Shown piece after piece: positions 9,001 through 15,860 of a stretch of 20,000 nucleotides of DNA; positions within the stretch are counted from its first letter, which is position 1; every line of letters starts with the position of its first letter. Position numbers and translations under genes: made by a program. The notes under the pieces were generated by a model that was given only the letters and a program-made list of their open reading frames with translations, ran no database searches and was not told the origin of the DNA. The stretch lies in IMG/VR virus record IMGVR_UViG_3300050343_000171; one strand, 5' to 3'. This stretch comes from an uncultured virus (IMG/VR IMGVR_UViG_3300050343_000171). Its lineage: Duplodnaviria > Heunggongvirae > Uroviricota > Caudoviricetes > Crassvirales.

Positions 9001-10571
9001 CTAATGGTCAAAGGTTTAAATTTACAATGACTTTTGATGTTAGTGGTCAAACTAGCACATTAAGCTTTTTTGGAAACTTAACAAATTTAGCACCTTCTTT
9101 TACAGGTGTTTCTTTAAATCCATTTACTGTTGCATCAAGCGCTACAAACCCTTTGCGAAGATCAGGATCGTCAAGTCCTGTGTTACAAGGTGTTAATGGT
9201 GCTCTTACCTCGCCAACAACAAATTTAAAATTTAGCATATCTTCTCAACCTTCTGGTAATTATTTTTCAATAGATGCTGCAACTGGTGAGCTAAGTAAAA
9301 ATCAAAATACCCCAGTTGGCGCTTATAGTCTTAGCGTTTTAGTTCAAGACGCTTTTGATACTAGCATAATACCAGGAGTTGGTTTAGGTCAAGGTTCTCT
9401 TTCTAGTTCTATTGGAACTTTAGTTGTTACAGTGGGTCAAGCAGCTTTAAATGCGGGTGCTATATCACCTTGTATTGATCCTAGTGTTACTCCAACAGCT
9501 GCTAATACAGTTGTTGTACCAAATATATCAACAACAATTAATGCATGTTGGTATCTTTCTGACAATACTTTAGTAGGTAATACAAATCCTGCAACAAATG
9601 ATTTTGAAGGAACTGGTTATCCAGGATCAAACACTGTAGCTCCTCAAAATGGTGGACAACCTTGGAGACTAGGTAACAGTGCAGCTGGTAAATCAGACGT
9701 TAAATCAGGAACTATTGTTTTTTCAATAAATACTACACAAAATAAAACAACTAACGATTTAAGTATTTTATCTACTAGTGTTGATAGTTTTACAGTTTGG
9801 AAAAGAACTCCTGCAATTGGCGGAACACCCGCAACTACTTGGGTTAAAGCAACAGATATTAATAATAGACAACAAAATCCTTTAGAACAAAGTTTGCTTT
9901 TAACAAACACAGCTATTAATACTAAAAAATATGGTCAATATATTTTTGCTTTTGAAGCACCTAGTACTAACAGCGAAGAGTATGCTATAGTTGCAACTAG
10001 CATTGAGTGTATAAATGCAACGGTTGCTGGTGAATTTCCACAAGTAACAGTAAATTCACAAGATTTATATAATGATTCATGTGTTATTATACCTGATGGA
10101 ACAGGAACAAATTATGGTACAACAGCTGCAACTACACCTAAAAGCTATAGATACAAGGTAGGAACACCTAATGGTAATAGTAATATAGGTGCTCCAGGTG
10201 GTGGTGCTGCTGGATCTGTTAATCTTTTTGCTTTTACACCTTATGGAGAATATGTAAAACAATTTTACACAACATATCAATTAACTGCAGAACCAAACTG
10301 GACTAACGCAGCTGGATCTCCAGGTAATGTTGCATATGATACAAATGGAAATAATATTGCGTACCCTTGGAACGCTGTTTCAGTTGTTACGTCTACAACA
10401 CCTGCTTTTAGCACTATGACTGATTACCAAGATTATAATTTTTCAGCACGAATGATTGTAAGCGGTGGAGTGATGACGGTTACTGGTGGTAATGTTGGAA
10501 ACTATGGTAACACTACTGGTGCTGGAGGTACTGTTAACCCATTATTAAGAATTTTAGGTGGTACGAGTTAA
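6048..10571 (+). CDS. Tail stabilisation/nozzle (muzzle) protein, N-terminal part, plus a long beta-rich C-terminal extension with a cadherin-like domain, 1507 aa
   Basis: N-terminus KMNKDLDDRLIPNGEYRDAQNI...GSLENILGN, plus LLFWTDNRNQPRVIN, KFVRFSYRYRYADGEYSVFAPFT, SGNRVIYGNF and STLKQNRNYQVGFVLGDKFGRQT, resembles P22 gp10-like stabilisation proteins of crAss-like phages. Confidence 0.7.
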   Translation: MAEIKNSFLKSKMNKDLDDRLIPNGEYRDAQNISVGKSESDDIGSLENILGNFKQEELIDIVGTKFVIGVYDDEPNERLYYFITTNNSQNVTCSLCSNFIVAYNTDGSTFGNGKTYQTIVEGSFLNFSTFYPIVGINLIDDLLFWTDNRNQPRVINVTNELGYYTKETDISVAKFSPYEPISLLKTTTSTFTSQATPTAGVFVLNIAANTNITVGMYVTGGTTLITDLVQVTKVVSSTQLHLTATLTVPGGSGTVLTFTGTTMTNEKNNATWPGDPNYLEDKFVRFSYRYRYADGEYSVFAPFTQPAFIPKQKGYFINGNEKDAYRSTILSWMENEIQNVELLIPLPDIGSNIKGENQAPFGSYKINEIDILYKESDGLVVKVLDTISSSNFANLTTNVYTYNYQSTKPYKTLTEAQTIRVYDQVPTRALAQESSGNRVIYGNFYDKYSPPSNGISYKVGVNKKQISNDYQNFIEYPNSTLKQNRNYQVGFVLGDKFGRQTSVLLSNEISESQTINGVKFGSSTIFTPYDTQAEDVKAWFGDALQVYLENSIQAGGTDTYISGPSSINTPNTEIGSDPGLYAMAKNGNTGFNAAAGSSVAGKVYTFTLTGAATGVPVTGDFLRGEFTDYVKVLSAPNDGATPPVYTVTCDGDVNTKLYSLTVPATNPDPKYCYKLNETGWYSYKVVVKQNEQDYYNAYLPGVLNGYPAQITTLPNPNPGNVELPIPFPVNEEGKTANIVLINDNINKIPRDLAEVGPDQKQFSSSVELYGRVNNTATSNVQFYPGNFSDTAISISTADDSNMVPNTLTTVGQGNLYQIDTNPLIARISTSLPIGVTTATMTQQLAVYETQPVESILDLYWESTTTGLISDLNADINSGFNGAVGFSTFTYAQTELNPTGFNVLSAAFFPVNAAGTNITTATLDPTTFSAVNFAGVAQDFVLTDNAGNPPSNTYNGPWQIKTTNNFVYNAAFAGTGVGTSGSTQFSNGQRFKFTMTFDVSGQTSTLSFFGNLTNLAPSFTGVSLNPFTVASSATNPLRRSGSSSPVLQGVNGALTSPTTNLKFSISSQPSGNYFSIDAATGELSKNQNTPVGAYSLSVLVQDAFDTSIIPGVGLGQGSLSSSIGTLVVTVGQAALNAGAISPCIDPSVTPTAANTVVVPNISTTINACWYLSDNTLVGNTNPATNDFEGTGYPGSNTVAPQNGGQPWRLGNSAAGKSDVKSGTIVFSINTTQNKTTNDLSILSTSVDSFTVWKRTPAIGGTPATTWVKATDINNRQQNPLEQSLLLTNTAINTKKYGQYIFAFEAPSTNSEEYAIVATSIECINATVAGEFPQVTVNSQDLYNDSCVIIPDGTGTNYGTTAATTPKSYRYKVGTPNGNSNIGAPGGGAAGSVNLFAFTPYGEYVKQFYTTYQLTAEPNWTNAAGSPGNVAYDTNGNNIAYPWNAVSVVTSTTPAFSTMTDYQDYNFSARMIVSGGVMTVTGGNVGNYGNTTGAGGTVNPLLRILGGTS

Positions 10572-10606
10572 TAGTAATAATGTTAAAAAATAAGTGATAA
10601 TAAATT

Positions 10607-12709
10607 ATGGCGGCAACACTTGAATTAAAATATTTCAACTCCTTTTGGTTAAAGAGATTAAAAACAATGGAGCCAGTACGTTCAACTACTACTACAGGTA
10701 TTGTTGCGATAAGTATAACAAATCCTAATCAAACACAATTTAAATTACAACTTGGTAATGATCAAATAAACGTAGGAGATAACGTTCTTAAAAATAATAG
10801 TATTATAACTAAAATTACATCTATACCTAGTGGTGTAGGCCAAACAGATCCTCCTACTATTTTTAATTGCGATAGTTTAGGTTCTACGCTTTTAGCTGTT
10901 GGAGATATTTTAACATTTAAAGTAAGAGCTGGAAATAGTGGAGCTGGTGTTACAGCTATACAGATTAATGCAAGCAAACAAGTTGGTCCTGGCCAAACAG
11001 TTAGTGGATTTCCTACAGCTGGAGGTTCACCTGCTAGTGGTAAAATAATTTCTTACACATACAGCGCAGGTGGTACAACAGATTTTGTTATAGATACACC
11101 TGTCAATGTTGGCACAGGTATATCATTGGATTTTACAGATCTTAATGATTTTTCATACATACCTAAGCTTTATAATGGAGATATTGTGAATGATTGGTAC
11201 ATAGAGGAATCTAGAATAAGAGCTGGTTATAATAACACGTCGGTTGATCTAGGTGTTAAAGCTTATATAGTAGAAGATAATCCACAACAACAGCATAGAT
11301 TTAATTCTATGATATATTCAGGAGTTTTTAACTCTAGAACTGGTGTTAACAATACAAATCAATTTTCTGTTGGAACAGATATAACAAGAAGCTTAAATCC
11401 AATTTACGCATCAATTCAGAAGCTATACGCAGAAGATACAAACTTAATTATATTTCAAGAAGAAAAAGTAAGTAGAGCTTTAATTGATAAAGATGCAATA
11501 TTTTCTGCAGAAGGTATGCCAATTACTACATCTGGAGCACAGGTAATAGGGCAAGTTGTAGGTTATGCAGGAGAATATGGTATATCAAAAGATCCACAAA
11601 GTTTTGCGGTATATGGTTATAGAAAATATTTTACTGACAGAAAAAGAAACTGTGTTTGTAGGTTGTCTAAAGATGGTATAACTGAAATTTCTAGTTACGG
11701 TATGCATGACTTTTTTAGAGATGAATTATCTAAATCTTCAGTAAATAATGTAGTAGGAGCTTGGGACATGCATACTAAAAATTACGTTTTATCTATACAG
11801 CAACAACAAGGTGGTCAAGTTGGCCAAAATGGAGGATCTGCAGCCGCTGCAGGTGATAGTGTAACTGTTACGCTTAACGCACAAATTGGTCCTATTGTAG
11901 CGGGAGATAACATATATAGTTATACTACTTCTGGTCAAATAACAGGAGAATTTTATGGTACTATAACTAGCGTGACAACAATAGGTAGTCCAGGTAATCC
12001 TGCAATTTTTGTTGCTAATTTAACAAAACAAATACCAGCACTTCAGGTTATTATATGTTGGAGAGAGCCATTTTCTACAGTTATGTTTGATGAAACTGTT
12101 TTAGGTTGGACAAGTTTTATAAGCTTTAAACCATCAACAATGATTAGTAGTGGTGCTAATTTTTATTCCACTTCTAGCACTGGATCAGCAGTATATAAGC
12201 ATCATACTCTTAATTCAGATTATCTAAATCAATACGCTAATTTTTATGGTGTTACAAATAATTCATCAGTAACGTTAGTTTTAAATGCAAATCCATCTGT
12301 TGTTAAAAATTTTAAAACAATAAATTATGAAGGCGGTACAGAATGGGAAATGAATTCTTTTACTGCTTCAGAAGTTTCTTCAGCAATTACACCAACGCTT
12401 AGTTCAACAAACGTTAAAACTACAGGATTACCTGTTTTTAAATATTATCAACCCTTAACTTTAAATGATTTAGAAACTAGTTTATGGGCTAATACTTTTA
12501 AAAGAAAAGAAAATAAATATTTTGCTAATATAGTAAATAGTACAGAAGTACAAAACGCTGAGGTTATATTTGGTCAAAACATAGGTGGAGTAAAAGGATT
12601 TTTTGCTGAAACTAAATTTGTATTAGATAATAATAAAGGTAACGTTGGAGGTTATGGTAAAAAAGAATTATTTTCTGTGTCTTCTGAAATAGTAGAATCA
12701 TCATATTAA
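10607..12709 (+). CDS. Tail stabilisation/nozzle protein, C-terminal part, 700 aa
   Basis: Beta-propeller-like motifs SIQKLYAEDTNLIIFQEEKVSRALIDKDAIF, YAGEYGISKDPQSFAVYGYRKYFTD, CRLSKDGITEISSYGMHDFFRD, GWTSFISF, KNFKTINYEG and a terminal ELFSVSSE. Confidence 0.7.
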   Translation: MAATLELKYFNSFWLKRLKTMEPVRSTTTTGIVAISITNPNQTQFKLQLGNDQINVGDNVLKNNSIITKITSIPSGVGQTDPPTIFNCDSLGSTLLAVGDILTFKVRAGNSGAGVTAIQINASKQVGPGQTVSGFPTAGGSPASGKIISYTYSAGGTTDFVIDTPVNVGTGISLDFTDLNDFSYIPKLYNGDIVNDWYIEESRIRAGYNNTSVDLGVKAYIVEDNPQQQHRFNSMIYSGVFNSRTGVNNTNQFSVGTDITRSLNPIYASIQKLYAEDTNLIIFQEEKVSRALIDKDAIFSAEGMPITTSGAQVIGQVVGYAGEYGISKDPQSFAVYGYRKYFTDRKRNCVCRLSKDGITEISSYGMHDFFRDELSKSSVNNVVGAWDMHTKNYVLSIQQQQGGQVGQNGGSAAAAGDSVTVTLNAQIGPIVAGDNIYSYTTSGQITGEFYGTITSVTTIGSPGNPAIFVANLTKQIPALQVIICWREPFSTVMFDETVLGWTSFISFKPSTMISSGANFYSTSSTGSAVYKHHTLNSDYLNQYANFYGVTNNSSVTLVLNANPSVVKNFKTINYEGGTEWEMNSFTASEVSSAITPTLSSTNVKTTGLPVFKYYQPLTLNDLETSLWANTFKRKENKYFANIVNSTEVQNAEVIFGQNIGGVKGFFAETKFVLDNNKGNVGGYGKKELFSVSSEIVESSY

Positions 12710-13120
12710 ATGAAATTAAATATAAGAAAATTAAAAGATTCTGATTGGAATACTTTAGTAGAACTTTGGAATGGTTGGCCTGAATGGGTTAATCATCCTA
12801 CAAAAGATATGTTGCCAGAAAATGGTACAGGTGGTTTTATAGTTGAAAAAAATAAAACACCTATTGTAGCTGGATTTATGTATACAACAAATTCTAAAGT
12901 TGCTTGGTTAGAGTGGATTGTTTCTAATGTAAACTACAAAAGCAAAGATAAAAATGATGCTATAAAATTATTAATCGCAGGAATAGAACATGTAGCAAAA
13001 GAAAGTGGTTTTAAAATTATACTTAGCATTGGAAGAAATAAAAACTTAATAAACACTCACAAAGAAATAGGTTATCAAGTAGATGATAAACCATCTTATG
13101 AAATAATAAAAATAATTTAA
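12710..13120 (+). CDS. GNAT-fold (acetyltransferase-like) virion assembly protein, 136 aa
   Basis: GNAT pattern IRKLKDSDW...GFIVEKNKTPIVAGFMY...AWLEWIVSNVNY...LLIAGIEHVAKESGFKIILS...HKEIGY. Sits between nozzle and ejection genes, as T7 gp13 and P22 gp14 do. The start abuts the upstream stop (TAAATG). Confidence 0.75.
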   Translation: MKLNIRKLKDSDWNTLVELWNGWPEWVNHPTKDMLPENGTGGFIVEKNKTPIVAGFMYTTNSKVAWLEWIVSNVNYKSKDKNDAIKLLIAGIEHVAKESGFKIILSIGRNKNLINTHKEIGYQVDDKPSYEIIKII

Positions 13121-13122
13121 TT

Positions 13123-13944
13123 ATGGCAGCATTTACAGCAATTGCAGGCACAGCATTAAGTGTAGTTGGTGGAGCGGTTCAAGCTAACCAAGGTAGAAAA
13201 GCGGCAAGAAGAGCAAGGGCAGCTCAGCAAGCTGCTCAAATTAAAATGGAAGCAATTAAAAGAAGACGTACTCCAATTACAAATCCTTATGCAAACACAA
13301 AAAATTTATCTAATTTAGCTACAGATCTTTCTGGACAAATAAATAATCCTTTTGCTAGCTTAGGCGTTGCTACTCAAGCAGCAGAAATACAAATGGAACA
13401 AGCAGATATTGCTTTAGCAAACACTTTAGATACGTTAAGAGCAACTGGTGCAAGTGCTGGTGGTGCAACTGCTTTAGCTCAAGCTGCTTTGCAAAGTAAA
13501 AAAGGTGTTTCTGCTAATATTGAACAGCAAGAAGCTACAAACGAAAAACTAAAAGCACAAGGAGAACAACAGCTTCAGCAAATGAAAATGTCTGAACAAC
13601 AAAGATTACAAAATATTGCTATATCAGAAGGACAAAGACTACAAGCCGCTGATGCACAAGGTAAGCAGTTTATGTTTAGTGCTAATGAACAAAGAATAAA
13701 TATGGATCTTAACAGAGCCGCTGGTCAAGAGCAGCAAGCTTCACAAAATCTTATTGATGCAAACACTGCAACAGCTGCAGGATATGGTTCAGCATTAAGC
13801 GCTGTTGGCACAATCGCTGCCGCATCTTTAACCGGAAGAGACACAACGGGTCAAGTTAGTTTTAAACAGTATCAAGCAGCTCCTGGAAATTATGGAAAAA
13901 GTAGAGCAGATTATAGAGCAGCTGGTAAAAAAATAAAGAATTAA
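13123..13944 (+). CDS. Putative small ejection (internal virion/pilot) protein, 273 aa
   Basis: Hydrophobic Ala/Gly N-terminus (MAAFTAIAGTALSVVGGAV), Ala/Gln-rich coiled coil and a second small-residue hydrophobic segment (GYGSALSAVGTIAAASL). Composition and position resemble T7 gp14 and P22 gp7. Confidence 0.7.
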   Translation: MAAFTAIAGTALSVVGGAVQANQGRKAARRARAAQQAAQIKMEAIKRRRTPITNPYANTKNLSNLATDLSGQINNPFASLGVATQAAEIQMEQADIALANTLDTLRATGASAGGATALAQAALQSKKGVSANIEQQEATNEKLKAQGEQQLQQMKMSEQQRLQNIAISEGQRLQAADAQGKQFMFSANEQRINMDLNRAAGQEQQASQNLIDANTATAAGYGSALSAVGTIAAASLTGRDTTGQVSFKQYQAAPGNYGKSRADYRAAGKKIKN

Positions 13945-13956
13945 AATAAATACAAC

Positions 13957-15723
13957 ATGGGAGCATATGATAATCCACAAATTTTACGTGATACATCTTT
14001 AAACGTTTATGGTAAAGCTATAGAAAATTTAGGTAAAAGTGTAGCCGCAGGTTTATTAGCTCAACAAAAAGCTAGAAAAGCTAGAGCTGCATCAGCTGAA
14101 AAAAATAAATTAAGAGTTCAAGGGGCTCAATCTAAAATAGCAAACCTTCAATGGAAAAACGCTATTACTAATCAAGGTAATTATAAAGGTAAAAAAGAAG
14201 GAGATTTATGGGAAGCATATTTAAGAAATGTAAAATACTTGTTAGAAGGTGATGGAACTTATAAAGGTTCTATTGCTGCGGCAACTGAAAATGAAACAAA
14301 CCCTAATATAACTAAAGAACAAAGATCAGCAAATCAAGCTATAATAAATCAAGCTAATATTTATCAAACAAATGCAATTCAAAATAATTCTTATGCCATA
14401 GGAGATTTAATTGATTTTGATGGTGTTGGGGAAGCTGGTATGCTAAGTACTCATTATTGGGCTGGTGATGGCGAACTAGAGCAAGACATAAGCATGATGA
14501 CAGCTTTTGGTTTAAAAAATTTATCAATAGAAGGTGCGTCTTACTCGCGTGATCAACTAATAGGAGATGGTAAATCAATAGAACAAGGTGGTAATGGTTT
14601 TCCTAGTGGTGCATCAATACTTTCAGTGGAAACTACTATAAAAAAAGGTTCGGAAGCTTGGAACGAATTAAGTGATGAAACTAAAGAACATTTAGAAAAA
14701 AATAATTTTAAATTATCATTCAAAAAAGATTTTGCAAGCTTAATAAACGTAGAAGGAGAAAACATTACAGGCGGCTTAATAAGACAAATAGGCGAAACAA
14801 TAAACACTGGATCTATAAATGAAGCCTCTGGTATTACTGCAGATGGAGAGATAGATGGTTTATACATTATGGGTGGAAAAGGAGCTACAGCAAATGTTGT
14901 TACTCAAGTTGAAGGAAAATCTAGAACCATTGGATATGAAATAGTAGATCAAAACATGATAAGAGCTAATGAAACTCTTAATGGAGAAATTGATTCTACC
15001 ATTGAGGTAATGTTAAATAATCCAACAAAAGATCCAAACGCTATAGGTGATTTAAAAGCTCAAATGCAAAACACATTAAAAATGGGAACTGATCCTTGGA
15101 ATATAGTTGTTAATAGAAATGGTGAAGAAATTATTGTAAATAATTTTAAAGACTTTAGTGATCTTACGTTACCTGAAAAAGAAAATATTTTAAGAGAAGA
15201 ATTATACGAAAAATATACTGAAGATACATTTTCAAAAATAGACTCTTCGCGTTTTAAAGATTTAAAGTTTGACATCCAACAATTTGTTACAAAAAACAAT
15301 AACGGTATAGAACCTGATCCTGATGAATTTATTTATTTAAAAGAAAAGTTTAGTCAAGTTAGTAAAGCTGAAGATCAAAATATATATATGCAAAGTGTTG
15401 CTAAAAACATACTTGAATTAGAGATTACTCAAAACCGTGATATTCCTGGAGCAATTGAACCAAAACAAGAGTGGAGCGCTACCAACGTAGGTATACATGA
15501 AAATTATTTAAAAAATGAATTAGGTTTAGAAGCCGCAAGTGGTGAGACAGCAAGAACAAAAGTAAGAGAGCAGTTAAAAGCAGAAGCAAAAGCTGCTGCA
15601 ATTAGAGGTGAAACAGTAAAAACAGAAGATGAAATAAATGCGGAAGTTAATAAAGTAGATTTGCAATCTTTATGGATTAGAAACCCTAAAAATAGAAAAA
15701 TGGGAAATGCAACCATCTTATAA
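13957..15723 (+). CDS. Putative second ejection/internal virion protein, 588 aa as read; may truly end at 15847 through a +1 frame change
   Basis: Long ORF between the small and giant ejection genes, with an amphipathic N-terminus (YGKAIENLGKSVAAGLLAQQ) followed by a coiled coil. Function inferred from synteny. Confidence 0.6.
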   Translation: MGAYDNPQILRDTSLNVYGKAIENLGKSVAAGLLAQQKARKARAASAEKNKLRVQGAQSKIANLQWKNAITNQGNYKGKKEGDLWEAYLRNVKYLLEGDGTYKGSIAAATENETNPNITKEQRSANQAIINQANIYQTNAIQNNSYAIGDLIDFDGVGEAGMLSTHYWAGDGELEQDISMMTAFGLKNLSIEGASYSRDQLIGDGKSIEQGGNGFPSGASILSVETTIKKGSEAWNELSDETKEHLEKNNFKLSFKKDFASLINVEGENITGGLIRQIGETINTGSINEASGITADGEIDGLYIMGGKGATANVVTQVEGKSRTIGYEIVDQNMIRANETLNGEIDSTIEVMLNNPTKDPNAIGDLKAQMQNTLKMGTDPWNIVVNRNGEEIIVNNFKDFSDLTLPEKENILREELYEKYTEDTFSKIDSSRFKDLKFDIQQFVTKNNNGIEPDPDEFIYLKEKFSQVSKAEDQNIYMQSVAKNILELEITQNRDIPGAIEPKQEWSATNVGIHENYLKNELGLEAASGETARTKVREQLKAEAKAAAIRGETVKTEDEINAEVNKVDLQSLWIRNPKNRKMGNATIL

Positions 15724-15847
15724 CTCTTTTAGTAATAAGTCTTTAAGAAAAACTATTGAAAGATATGTATTTAACAGAACTGCTGCTGAACAAAAAGAAT
15801 TTAGGAATTATTATACTAACCAAGATAGAGCAAAATTACCAGATTAA
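15659..15847 (+). CDS. Open +1-frame segment: C-terminus of the 588-aa gene, or a separate 46-aa ORF starting at ATG 15707
   Basis: No stop between TAG 15656-15658 and TAA 15845-15847. Reads ...KWEMQPSYNSFSNKSLRKTIERYVFNRTAAEQKEFRNYYTNQDRAKLPD* and ends 13 nt before the next ATG. Confidence 0.65.
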   Translation: MCNLYGLETLKIEKWEMQPSYNSFSNKSLRKTIERYVFNRTAAEQKEFRNYYTNQDRAKLPD

Positions 15848-15860
15848 ATAAAATTAAATT

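Noticed and set aside
15681..15689. AAA CCC TAA as an SPP1/Listeria-phage-type +1 shift site for the 588-aa gene
   Set aside because: CCC TAA is not in the gene's reading frame (read as AAC CCT AAA), so that mechanism does not apply.
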